Source: an uncultured Bacillota bacterium (GTDB lineage: Bacteria; Sysuimicrobiota; Sysuimicrobiia; Sysuimicrobiales; Segetimicrobiaceae). From it: a DNA stretch of 64,000 nucleotides. The stretch spans positions 64,001 through 128,000 of the forward strand of contig CAWDRG010000011.1 in NCBI GenBank assembly GCA_963804645.1. Reading direction: 5' to 3'. How positions within the stretch are numbered: position 1 is the first letter of the stretch; every line of letters begins with the position of its first letter. A program made the translations under genes and the position numbers. The notes under the pieces are model-generated. The model was not told where the DNA came from. It saw only the letters and a program-made list of their open reading frames with translations, and ran no database searches. Below are positions 53,952-63,589 of this stretch, piece by piece.

Positions 53952-54908
53952 TCACCTCGAGGACGAGCGGCGGGCGCGGTCGATCTGCTCATGATCCGGA
54001 GGATCGGCACCGGCACGGGTGCACGTGAGGGTCGCCGCGGTGATCGCAAACTCCAGGGCATCTCGGATCGCCTGCGCCGGCGCCCCGACGAGCGCTGATC
54101 GAGATGTGCATCCCAGTTCCGACAGCCGCAGGAGCAGTCCCGACGCGAACGCATCCCCGGCGCCGACCGTGTCCACCACGGTGACGGGCGGCGCCGGCAG
54201 GTGAAACTCCGCGGCGGCGGTTCGCGCGTAGCACCCGCCCCCGCCGAGAGTCACCACCGTCAGCGCGGGACCCTCGGCCACGAACCGGGCGGCGGCCTGC
54301 TGCACCGATCCGCCGGGCTTCCACCACGCCAGATCGTCCGCGCTCAATTTCAGGACGTCGGTGATCGCCAGCGCCCGCGCCAGCACGGCACGGTAGGACT
54401 CGGGCTCCCGCACCAACGTGGGACGGATGTTGGGATCGAAGGAAAGCAGACAGCGGCCGCGCAGGCGGTCCGCTAGCGACATCACCGTCTCGGAGGTCGG
54501 CGGGGTCAGCAGACTGATCGACCCGAAGTGCAGGACCTCCGCGTCGTTGATCGCCGACGGCAGCTCGTCAAGCTCAAGCAGCGTATGCGCCGGATCGGTG
54601 CCGTAGAACGCGTACGTCGGCGGGGTACGTTCGGGCATGACGAACGCGAGCGCGCTCGGGGCCGCGGAACGGACGAGAAAGCGCGTCCCCACCCCCTCCC
54701 GCTCGAGCGCGCGGGCGAGAAACCGCCCGAAATAGTCGGTCGAGATCTTCCCGGCGAACTCCGTGCGTGCGCCGCAGCGAGACAGCCCGATCGCGACGTT
54801 GCAGGGAGATCCTCCCAGGTGCATGCGAAAGCCGGCAGGGCCCCCCGGCCCGTCGCACGGCGTGAAGTCGACCAAGATCTCCCCGATGGTCGTGAACAGT
54901 GTGCTCAT
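53952..54908 (-). CDS. PfkB family carbohydrate kinase (fructokinase-like)
   Basis: GEILVD, GGSPCNVA, FDPNIRP, DTVGAGDAF. Confidence 0.92.
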   Translation of the reverse strand: MSTLFTTIGEILVDFTPCDGPGGPAGFRMHLGGSPCNVAIGLSRCGARTEFAGKISTDYFGRFLARALEREGVGTRFLVRSAAPSALAFVMPERTPPTYAFYGTDPAHTLLELDELPSAINDAEVLHFGSISLLTPPTSETVMSLADRLRGRCLLSFDPNIRPTLVREPESYRAVLARALAITDVLKLSADDLAWWKPGGSVQQAAARFVAEGPALTVVTLGGGGCYARTAAAEFHLPAPPVTVVDTVGAGDAFASGLLLRLSELGCTSRSALVGAPAQAIRDALEFAITAATLTCTRAGADPPDHEQIDRARRSSSR

Positions 54909-55065
54909 CCCGCGAAGCGCCGCCGGCGGTACAGTATCGTGCCCCGCACGCCGGTTCGGCCCGCTGCATCGTTCACCCGCGGAGCTCGATCGTCCCGGCG
55001 GCGCGGCCGGGCATCCAATCGGTCACGCACGCGTCGGATCCGCGAGGCAACCGGGGATTCGTCTT

Positions 55066-56541
55066 CTACGGCATGCCTTTCGACGTCGCAGTGGGTGGCG
55101 CGGCGCCTCCTGTCTTGCCGGTCGGGCCAACTGACGGTTGAACGACTGGAGTCGCGGGGCCTGTCTTACCCGACCCGCCTCGAGCGGTCGAGGATCCCGA
55201 AGAGCCGCCGCTCAACCACCAGCCCGTATAATTGCTTCCGTTCCCCGGCTGAGCGTTGGCGTCCCCACCTTTGTCGCCGATCGGTGTGCCTTGCACGGTG
55301 CAGACAGGAGCGATTGGTGTCGCCCCGTCCTGGCCGCGATCGCCCCCGGTGGCTGTCGCGTTGCCCCCATTCTTCCCGCCACCCGGACCGCCAACACCTC
55401 CCAACGCCTTCGCGGCGCCGCCAGTGCCGCCCACGCCGGCCACGACATTCGCGGGTGTATTGGGATCACACTGGGCGTTTGTGAATATCACGGTTCCACC
55501 GGTGCCTCCCACGCCACCTTTCGCGGTCCCGTTGCCTCCAACCCACGAGCCCGACAACCCACCTGATGGACCCGGCCCGCCCGCCGCGTCCGCGCCGCCC
55601 GCCGCATCCGTTGGCGCGGCGACTGCGCTGCCATTCCCGCCTCGCAACTCGCCTGGACCTATCAGCGTGATCGGGGTGCCACTCAGGCCGTTTACGTAGA
55701 CGTCGCCAGCCGCGTTTCCAGGCTCACCCTCGGCATACCCGTCGGCCCCGTTGGCGGCTGTCGCGTCAGCCCTTCCGTTCAGCCCGCTGTCACCACCGGC
55801 GATCGATCCGGTGACGATAACGTTCTCAGCGCAGCACAGCACCACGTCACCGCCCCAGCCCGCTTGTCCGCCAACGGCGGTCGCGCAGCCACCGAACAGT
55901 CCGGTCGCGTCGCTCGTGGCAGTCGCCGATCCGCCATTTCCTCCCTGCTGCCCCTGCACCATACCAGCAATCGTGATTCCACTCGCTGCCGTCAGAGCGA
56001 CCGTCCCGCCGGGCTGCCCGGCACCGCCCTGTGCCCGAACGTACTTGCCTGTCGGTTCAACATCGGATTGACCGTATGCGGCCTGGGCGGCGTAACCGGA
56101 CCCAGCCCCGACCACGCCGTGAACGACGATCGTGCCCCCGGACACAAGCGTAATCCCGGGAGACGGGTCGGTGCCGTTCCACTCGTTCGTCGAGGCGTCC
56201 GGCATTAAGAGGTCCCCGTCGATCTGGATAAGCGCATTGGCGACCAAGGTCAGTTGATCGTTCTGCTTCAACTGGAGCGTCACGCCCGCGTCAAGATAGA
56301 TCATGTCGTATGCGTAGGTCGTATCGGTCGGGTCGGTGGGCAGGAGGTGGTAGGATCCGGATCCGGACGGTGCCGACTGGGGGGGCGGGCACCTCGGCGC
56401 AGTCTTCTGCCCAGGTGAATTCGGTGAGACCGGCGCACAATTCGCCTTCTTCCCCGTAATCACCGAGTAAGCGGCGGCGGCGAGGGCGACAAGAGCCAGA
56501 ACGACCACGAGCTTTACGACCCACGCCAATGTTGTCCCCAT
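55066..56541 (-). CDS. Glycine-rich membrane-anchored/secreted hypothetical protein
   Basis: N-terminal hydrophobic helix; repeated GGxGG-x-V/I units; 491-aa ORF; start uncertain. Confidence 0.7.
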   Translation of the reverse strand: MGTTLAWVVKLVVVLALVALAAAAYSVITGKKANCAPVSPNSPGQKTAPRCPPPQSAPSGSGSYHLLPTDPTDTTYAYDMIYLDAGVTLQLKQNDQLTLVANALIQIDGDLLMPDASTNEWNGTDPSPGITLVSGGTIVVHGVVGAGSGYAAQAAYGQSDVEPTGKYVRAQGGAGQPGGTVALTAASGITIAGMVQGQQGGNGGSATATSDATGLFGGCATAVGGQAGWGGDVVLCCAENVIVTGSIAGGDSGLNGRADATAANGADGYAEGEPGNAAGDVYVNGLSGTPITLIGPGELRGGNGSAVAAPTDAAGGADAAGGPGPSGGLSGSWVGGNGTAKGGVGGTGGTVIFTNAQCDPNTPANVVAGVGGTGGAAKALGGVGGPGGGKNGGNATATGGDRGQDGATPIAPVCTVQGTPIGDKGGDANAQPGNGSNYTGWWLSGGSSGSSTARGGSGKTGPATPVVQPSVGPTGKTGGAAPPTATSKGMP

Positions 56542-56851
56542 CACGAGCGGAACACTCACGCTCACACCAACACCCCCCGGGGGCCACCGTGTCACGGTGC
56601 TTATTGCTCCGTGCGGAGATGCGTGAGACACGTTCAGCGGTGCCGGCGACTCTCCCTTCGTTCCGCACTTCGGTTCGATGACGTCATGTTCGCCCCAAGG
56701 TAGGGGTAAGACGTTGCGCGTACGTGGCCCCGACCTGAGGTGACCCGACACTGCAAGAGCTGGCCGCAAGGCGCCATCACTCGGCCGATATTCGAGAGTG
56801 AGAGCGGCTACGTGCTGTCCCGAACCCAGCACGATCGCCACACGTGGGTCC

Positions 56852-57259
56852 CTAAGAGCGAGATGGCCCTAGGGTTCTTACAAAATCAGCGGGCCGAACG
56901 ATAGGAATGCCGGCGTATTGCTTCAACCGCAGCAAATGTCGGTCTCCCGACACGATGAGATCCGCTCGCCCCAACTCCGCACACTCCAGTACCTGGTTGT
57001 CCGCATCGTCGCGGAGTAGGCGGACCGCCCGATTCGGCCGCACAATTTCTCCAATTCGGCCATTCTGCCGAACGTACGCAAGGATCTCTGCTTCCGGAGT
57101 GTGAAACTTTGCGCGAAGCGTCGTGGCGAGCTCCGCGAGGATGATCGGAGATACGATGAGCACGCACCGCCGCTCCAGAACCGTCTGGTACGCCTCCTCG
57201 GGAAACCCTCCGAAAAGCGCCGAGATGAACACGTTGGTATCGAAGACGGTCCGGAGCAC
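56852..57259 (-). CDS. PIN-domain putative toxin (VapC-like)
   Basis: VFDTNVFISA, AEL, RDDADNQVLECA, IVSGDRHLL; acidic residues intact. Confidence 0.9.
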   Translation of the reverse strand: MLRTVFDTNVFISALFGGFPEEAYQTVLERRCVLIVSPIILAELATTLRAKFHTPEAEILAYVRQNGRIGEIVRPNRAVRLLRDDADNQVLECAELGRADLIVSGDRHLLRLKQYAGIPIVRPADFVRTLGPSRS

Positions 57260-57262
57260 CGA

Positions 57263-57511
57263 TCACCGCCCGTGCAGAATCCGATCCACGTCATCCTCGG
57301 TGCGAATGACAAGGCCTGCTTCCCGGGCAGCTCGATTAGCCGACCGACTAATTCGGGAGAATTCGGCTTTCTCCCGACTAATAAGATACGCTTCCCACAT
57401 AGCTCTGAGCAACTCACTCTTAGTCTTTTGTTCCTTCCTCGCCGTCTGCTCGATCTGTCGTGCAATCCCCGGGGGAACAGAAAAGGCGAGGATCTTGGTC
57501 GATCGTCCCAT
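57263..57511 (-). CDS. Ribbon-helix-helix (CopG-like) antitoxin
   Basis: ILAFSVPP..IEQTARKE..TKSELLR; 3 bp upstream of the PIN gene. Confidence 0.8.
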   Translation of the reverse strand: MGRSTKILAFSVPPGIARQIEQTARKEQKTKSELLRAMWEAYLISREKAEFSRISRSANRAAREAGLVIRTEDDVDRILHGR

Positions 57512-57541
57512 AGGACACCGCCTCTAACAATTGATTGAGTC

Positions 57542-57577
57542 ATACTTAGTATAACTTGCTGTTGGAGTGGGCGTCAA
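57542..57577 (-). promoter_or_regulatory. Sigma70-type promoter of the RHH-PIN operon with overlapping palindrome
   Basis: TTGACG (57577-57572), 18 bp, TATACT (57553-57548); ATACT-T-AGTAT palindrome at 57542-57552. Confidence 0.7.
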
Positions 57578-57844
57578 ACAAAGACAGACGGGAGACCGCA
57601 CTCGACGTTGACCTAGGGAGTTCACTCTGTGGCCAACCTCGGGAACTCCTGAAACGGATCAGTACTTGGTAGCTGGTTTGCGAGGCCCCGGAGGCCGGGT
57701 GGACACATCGTCGCAAACCTTACCGGCCACGTTCGCGAAAACATCATCGCCCCACGCGGAACGCCCGGCAGATGTCGGCAAAGCAGGCATTGCAGGACAA
57801 TCGTCACGATACGACCTGACGGCTCTCAAAACCCAAGCATTATG

Positions 57845-57895
57845 TGGCGCGCCCGGAGGGATTCGAACCCCCGACTCGCTGCTTACAAAGGTAGG
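57845..57895 (-). other. tRNA 3'-end remnant (Arg-like acceptor end), probable att site
   Basis: Minus strand GGGGG-TTCGAAT-CCCTC T-arm, then CGGGCGC-G-CCA; degenerate anticodon arm; no D-arm or 5' acceptor strand. Confidence 0.75.
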
Positions 57896-58205
57896 TCCTC
57901 GGCGACGGCGGCCGCCGACCAGCCACGACCCGGGCAGATTCTGCGAGGGTTCTTGCGAGCTGCAACCGACTCCACCAGACCCCCGGCACCTCCCGGTGGG
58001 AACCGCGCATTTGCGAGGCATTTGCAGACCTGGAGACCTCGCTGTAGCGCCACTCACCCAGACGCGGGCACCTGAGATGACGTGAACCCGCACGGTGAGC
58101 GGGTCCAGATGACCGACTCCACGGCCGAGCCAGGCAGGAGGCAGCGCCCGATCAACTCAACGAATCTGCTCACAAGCTTGCCGGTTTTGCCTCTCGCTGC
58201 GGTGT

Positions 58206-58640
58206 CTATTCTCCGAACGCGGCGAACCAAGCCCGCGCTTCTTGCATGAGCGTCCGCGATCGCAGGATTCGGACGCCCTCCCCCGGCCGGTAGTGACGGA
58301 TGTTGTGGGTGATGAGAAGGCCCGCTCCGCCGCCGATCGCCGCCGCCAGGATGGGGATGTCCTTCACATCAGCGAGACCGCGCGCGCGTTCGATGTCATG
58401 CGCGGTCGGACGATAGATTCGGACGGCGACAGTACGCGGAAACTCGTCGAAAAATGGTACGCGCCGAGCAATTTGAGAGACAGGGTTCGTCGAACCTCCC
58501 CGACGGCGGCTTCCGGCAATATGCGATTGAGGAGGCCGATCTCGCCGAGGACCAGAATCGCGTGGCTCGCCCGCGGCGCGAGAAGAGGTCCGCGATCAGG
58601 ACGTCGGCATCAAGACAGACCGAAACAGGCTCAGTCTTCG
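58206..58640 (-). pseudogene. PIN-domain toxin pseudogene (multiple frameshifts)
   Basis: VCLDADVLIA / ASHAILVLGE..E / ADVKDIPILAAA..LITHNIRHY pieces in different frames. Confidence 0.8.
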
Positions 58641-58870
58641 CGGTCAGGACCACCCAACTCTTTCAGCGAGAGCTCTCGCCCCCGGCGCAGCCGCTCCATC
58701 TCGGCGGCCAAGCGCGGCACGAGAAGCAATCGCTGGCTGAGGAGCACCGCCCCATCGAGATCGACGACAGTCAACGGATCTCCCTCGTCGAGGCGATACT
58801 TCTTGCGAAGAGCGGCCGGAAGCGTTAGGGTCCCGCGGCCACGGATTTGTATGGTTGTAGTCCGGATCAT
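58631..58870 (-). CDS. AbrB/MazE-family antitoxin
   Basis: IRGRGTLTLPAALRKKYRLDEGD; promoter TTGGCA-18-TATACT at 58910-58881. Confidence 0.85.
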   Translation of the reverse strand: MIRTTTIQIRGRGTLTLPAALRKKYRLDEGDPLTVVDLDGAVLLSQRLLLVPRLAAEMERLRRGRELSLKELGGPDRED

Positions 58871-58951
58871 CCTGAAAGTCAGTATAGTAGAATTTCCGAG
58901 ATCTTGCCAACCAACAAAAGCGGGCTTGCCGCGGGTCGCGCGTTAGGCCGC

Positions 58952-58980
58952 TTGTCAACGAAAGTGCCTCCTGGTAACAT
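58952..58980 (+). promoter_or_regulatory. Sigma70-type promoter of the T-box-aspS unit
   Basis: TTGTCA, 17 bp, TAACAT with extended -10 TG. Confidence 0.65.
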
Positions 58981-58985
58981 CATCG

Positions 58986-59232
58986 CAAAGTGATGACGGA
59001 GACGAGTCGCGTGAACGTGCCGGAGTCAAGAGAGCTGCCGACGGTGTGAGGGCAGTCTCCGGGGCGCGAAGACACTCCATCAGCTGCGGGGAAGAACGGC
59101 GCCACTGCTCAGTAGGCCCCGACGGTACTCCGCCGTTAGCAGAGTCGAGGTCGCTGCGAGCAATGTGACGGAGCGACGAAGTTCGGTGGCACCACGATGA
59201 CCCCCCGTCCGAATGCGCGGGGGACTTTCGTT
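58986..59232 (+). promoter_or_regulatory. T-box riboswitch, Asp (GAC) specifier
   Basis: Stem I GTGATGACGGAGACGAGT..AGAGAG..GGTGTGA..GAA-GAC-ACTCC; antiterminator TTCGG-TGGCACC-ACG..CGT-CCGAA; terminator CCCCCCG..CGGGGGA-CTTTCGTT. Confidence 0.88.
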
Positions 59233-59246
59233 GTCGGGGTGCCACC

Positions 59247-60549
59247 GTGAACGCGTGTTTGGACAACGCAAATCGATCAACACATCGGCCGTCGCATTCG
59301 CCTCGCCGGCTGGCTTCACCAATGGCGACGGCTTGCCCACGTCGGGTTTCTGATCCTTCGGGATGGCAAGGGTCTAGCCCAGATAGTGGTCGAGGACGCC
59401 GAGCTTTCGGACCGGCTTGATAGGTGCCACCGCGAGTCGGTGCTTCGGATCGAGGGTGTCGCACGGGGAAACCCCCAGGCACCCGGCGGCATCGAGGTCA
59501 GCGAGCCGTCTGTGGAGATCATGGCAGCGACCGCGAGCGCGCCTCCACTCGACCTCAGTCGACCGACCGTCAAGGCCGCGTTGCCTTCCATCCTTGACCA
59601 TGCCGCCGTTGCCCTGCGGCATCCCCGACTTCGCGCCCCGTTCGACATCGCGGCCGCGTCGATGGCAGGGTTCCGGGCGGTTCTGCGTGCCGCAGATTTT
59701 GTTGAGATACAGACCCCGAAGATCGTCGGATCGGCTACCGAGAGCGGTGCGAGCGTGTTCGCGGTCGAGTACTTCGGCGGTCGGGCGTTCCTAGCGCAGA
59801 GTCCGCAACTGTACAAGCAGGTCATGGTTGGTGTGTTCGAGCGTGTCTTCGAGATCGGTCCGGTCTTCCGCGCGGAGGCTCACGACACCCCGCGCCATCT
59901 CAATGAGTATGTCTCGATGGACATGGAGATGGGCTTCATAGACGATCACACCACGGTCATGAGCATGCTCACGCGGGTCATCGCTGGGATGGTCCGTGCC
60001 ATCCGCGAGCAGGCGCCTGACTCGTTGGCCCGACTCGATGTCACTCTCCCGGATGTCCCACAGACGATCCCGACGCTGCACTTCACCGAGGCCCTCGCGT
60101 TAGTCGAGCGGGATAGTGGAGCGCCTCCGGAAAGCGACGTCGACCTCACGCCGCAACACGAGCGCTGGCTCGGGCGATGGGCGCGGGAGACGCACGCGTC
60201 TGACTATCTCTTCGTTGTGGGCTACCCAATGGCCAAGCGTCCCTTCTACACGCATCCCGACCACTCCCGCCCAGGGTACGCCAACGGCTTCGACCTCCTG
60301 TTCCGAGGGACTGAGCTCGTGACGGGCGGTCAACGTCTCCACCGCTATGACGACTATATGCTCGCGCTAAGCGAGCGTGGTCTGTCGCCCGAGCCGCTGA
60401 CAGGGTATCTTGAGGCGTTCAAGCACGGGATGCCGCCCCATGGTGGCTTCGCGATCGGGCTCGAGCGATGGGTCGCGGGCGTGGTCGGCGCATCAAACAT
60501 TCGTGAGGTGACGCTGTTTCCACGCGACCAGCGTCGAGTCACGCCCTGA
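59247..60549 (+). CDS. aspS: Aspartate--tRNA(Asp/Asn) ligase, non-discriminating archaeal-type; 1-nt frame offset right after GTG start
   Basis: LAGWLH..FLILRD..QIV OB fold, APGG loop, LAQSPQLYKQ, FRAE, GMPPHGGFAIGLER, LFPRD. Confidence 0.9.
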
Positions 60550-60570
60550 GAGACGGATAATTATTGCGCG

Positions 60571-60843
60571 TCACTGTATCCGCAACCGCTCTATCGCCCC
60601 TACCCGACGGTGCGCCCGACGAAGGTCTGCGCCCACGAGGCTGCTATACCGCAGGGTAGTGCTCAGACTCTCATGCCCGAGGAGTCGGCGCACCTCGTCA
60701 AGACCGGCACCGCCGCGCAGCCAACTCGTCGCGGCGAAGTGGCGCAGGGCGTGCGGGTGCAAACGTCTATTCAGGGGCAAACCAGCCTTGGCGCTCAGCC
60801 GGTGTAGAACCTGGACAAAGTGCCGATACTTGAGCGGCCGGCC
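60571..60843 (-). pseudogene. Tyrosine recombinase C-terminal fragment
   Basis: HPHALRHFAATSWLRGGA..LLGHESLSTTLRY; homology stops at 60843. Confidence 0.88.
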
Positions 60844-61575
60844 AGTAACTGGGGGTTTCCTCCCCGCAGAACGTTCTCGGCAGTAAATGTGCCAGAAAAT
60901 AGCATAGGTGTTCCGCGGAGGAGCACAGCCCTTCGCCTCAGTGGTGACCGTCAGGAGCTACGCGGTTGCCTCCTCGACCTCGACGATCTCACACCTAGTC
61001 ACGGACACACCGCGCCGAGAAGGCTACGGCGCGGGACGCCAACCGGCACCGTCATTGCGGATTTCTTCTGGCCCTTCTTGGCGCGTCCTCGTCGCGTCCG
61101 GAATCGAAACCCCAGCATCCCGGTCATCGCGGTTCCCAGCAGCACGAGACTCGAAGGTTCGGGTGCGGGGACAATCGTGCTGTCGAAAGTCAGGCCGCTC
61201 GTAAAGCTTTGGCCTCCGAAGCTCCCGGTAATTGGCCCATTCTTCGACTGCGCGTAGAACGTGTAATCGAGGTTGTTACCGCCGGCGGCAATAGGACCGA
61301 GGTTACTCACGTTGGTGAACAGAAAGGAGTTGCCGAAACTGAATCCGGTCTTCGTACCGCCATCACAACCCGCCCCCGCCGTATCCGCGCAATCGTCCAC
61401 ACCCGCCGAGGTGAAGTTTCCGTTGGTGAGAACACCAAAATTGAGTGTGGGATCAAAGGTGTCGAAATTATTGATGCCGTTGAAATAACTCACGTTAAGA
61501 GCGGCGGTCTGCGCACTGTTTGGAAGCAGTGTGAAGTCATACAGATACGTATAGATACCGTTGTTGAGAAAGGCC

Positions 61576-62944
61576 GAGCTAAAGTCGAGAGGTGTGGAAA
61601 TTCAAGTGGCGTACCCTTTCCGAGATCCACCCACATCGGAACCTCCCTTGCCGGGGAGGGGAAAGGAGTACGCCAGTGTCAGCATATCAGCCACAACGGG
61701 GGTTGGACAAGGAGGAAGTCCGCTCGACTTTGGACGTGCTCGCGCGTGAAGGCGCGCAGCGCATGCTGATTGGCGCCTTGGAGCAAGAAGTCGAGGAGTT
61801 CCTCGGCCGGGCTCGCTATGAGCGTGGCGGGGCTCGACGGCGTGGGTACCGGAACGGCGCGGGGAAGCCGCGCAAGATCGCGGTCGGCTGCGGGACGCTC
61901 GAGGTCCGCCCACCGCGGGTACGGGACACTGAGGAGGGGTTTCAGTCCCAGCTGCTGCCGCGGTATCAGCGGTCGAGCAATGCGGTCCGGGCGTTGCTGC
62001 CGGAGCTCTACCTGCAAGGCTTGGCCACTGGCGACTTTGAGCCGGCCCTCCGCACCTTGCTCGGGGAGGCCGCGCCCCTGAGTCAGACGTCGATCGTCCG
62101 CTTGAAGGCGAGCTGGCAGGCCGAATACGACACCTGGGCCCACCGCCGGCTGGCCGCCCGCTACGTCTATTGTTGGGCCGACGGCCTCTACTTAAAGGCG
62201 GGGCCCGCCGATGAGAAGACGGCCGTGCTGATCATCATCGGGGTGACGGAAGACGGCCACAAAGAGCTTCTCACGATGATCGAAGGCTACCGTGAATCCC
62301 GTGAGAGCTGGCGGGATGTATTGCGGGACCTGCGCCGGCGTGGCCTCAAAGACGTCCGGGTGTTCACCGGGGACGGCGGTCTCGGGCTCTGGGCCGCGGT
62401 TGGCGAAGTCTATCCAGAGGCGCGGCAGCAGCTGTGCTGGTGCCACAAGATGCTCAACGTGTTGGACAAGCTGCCGCAGCGCCTCCAGCCGGAGGCGCGG
62501 ACCTTGATGCGCGACGTTTACACCGCGCCCACGCGCGAGGAGGCCGACGCCCGGATCAAGAAATTCGCGCTGCGGTTCGAGCGGGACTATCCGCGCGCGG
62601 TGGCATCCCTCACCGATCACCAGGCCGAGTTGCTTACGTACTACGATTTCCCGCGGGAGCACTGGAAGAGTCTCCGGACGTCCAACCCGATCGAATCGGT
62701 CTTTGATCCGGTGCGCCTGCGAACGCGCGCGACACGCCGGATGCGCAGAGCACAAACTGGACTGCATCTGGTCTTCCAATTAATCCGTCGGGCAGAGCAG
62801 CGATGGCGTCGAATCGACGCACCGCACTTGGTCGCCAAGGTGCTTGAGGGTGTTCAGTTCGTCGATGGTGTGGAAGTGCTTGCGTCAGCGAAGAAAAGGA
62901 AGGGCGCCGCTTGATGCAATTTCCACACCTCTTGACTTTAGCTC
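61576..62944 (+). mobile_element. IS256-family insertion sequence (1369 bp)
   Basis: 27-bp terminal IRs (26/27 match, GAGCTAAAGTC[G/A]AGAGGTGTGGAAATT); 8-bp direct repeat GAAAGGCC at 61568-61575 and 62945-62952. Confidence 0.95.
61592..62914 (+). CDS. IS256 (Mutator-type) transposase
   Basis: YRNG, PRVR, WADG, ESRESW, GDG, QLCWCHK, RTSNPIES; true start may be further downstream. Confidence 0.93.
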   Translation: MWKFKWRTLSEIHPHRNLPCRGGERSTPVSAYQPQRGLDKEEVRSTLDVLAREGAQRMLIGALEQEVEEFLGRARYERGGARRRGYRNGAGKPRKIAVGCGTLEVRPPRVRDTEEGFQSQLLPRYQRSSNAVRALLPELYLQGLATGDFEPALRTLLGEAAPLSQTSIVRLKASWQAEYDTWAHRRLAARYVYCWADGLYLKAGPADEKTAVLIIIGVTEDGHKELLTMIEGYRESRESWRDVLRDLRRRGLKDVRVFTGDGGLGLWAAVGEVYPEARQQLCWCHKMLNVLDKLPQRLQPEARTLMRDVYTAPTREEADARIKKFALRFERDYPRAVASLTDHQAELLTYYDFPREHWKSLRTSNPIESVFDPVRLRTRATRRMRRAQTGLHLVFQLIRRAEQRWRRIDAPHLVAKVLEGVQFVDGVEVLASAKKRKGAA

Positions 62945-63589
62945 GAAAGGCCGCAGCTGTGAGACTTCCACTCCAATCGGTTCCGGTGATCGCTGTGGTT
63001 AACGGCGCTCCGGCCGCTGCGCCGAACCCGCAGCCCGCTGCGGTCGCAGCGGCGCAGTCGACGTCGCCCGCGAAGGCCGGTACGGGCCCCATCGCAAGCA
63101 AACAAAGCGACACACACGCAATACCGATGTAGATCGCCGGGATGTGGCCCAGGTGTGCGAACATAGACCTCAAGGCGACAGCGAACCTTCCCGCCTCATG
63201 ACTATTGCGGTACATGCGCCCGGACATGACGACCTCCTTCGCGGCCCTCGCCGAATCGCAGGGAGTTCCACTCCCGGGCGAGTGGCTGCATGTGCGATAG
63301 CCGCACGAGTACGGCATCAACCGTGGTCGAGTTCACGTGACATGTCAACCCTCGCTAACCTTGCACGCAGGTGATGCCGTCCAACGCGTTGGTGGGCGTT
63401 ACCCGCGATGCGCTACCGCACCACAAGCCATGGTCGCAGACACCCCAAGATCGCCCCTTTGTGCGGCCTCGCGTTTCGTTTTTCACCTCGACTATTTAGC
63501 TCTTTTGCGCCAGCTCCTTCGTTCATGCGAAGGCTTTACGCGGCTCAGTAGGTATGGCGAACAGCAGGTCGCTCATATTCTTCCGTTGA

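Larger units (their letters stand above)
60999..63227 (-). pseudogene. PEP-CTERM-type exported protein interrupted by IS256
   Basis: AAGGAGG then ATG at 63227; signal-like region; removing IS and one TSD gives ..AAAFLNNGIY.. in frame; APEPSSLVLLGTAMTGMLGFRFRTRR tail. Confidence 0.85.

Noticed and set aside
57845..57920. Functional tRNA gene (Thr-TGT or Arg)
   Set aside because: No D-arm or 5' acceptor strand; anticodon loop has 8 nt and a stem mismatch
58955..59482. Minus-strand ORFs of 175 and 86 aa
   Set aside because: They overlap the T-box leader and aspS 5' end, which explain the region
63240..63580. Possible c-di-GMP or other riboswitch upstream of the PEP-CTERM gene
   Set aside because: Could not match consensus motifs by eye; only a TTGACA and a TGACATGTCA palindrome near 63338-63349
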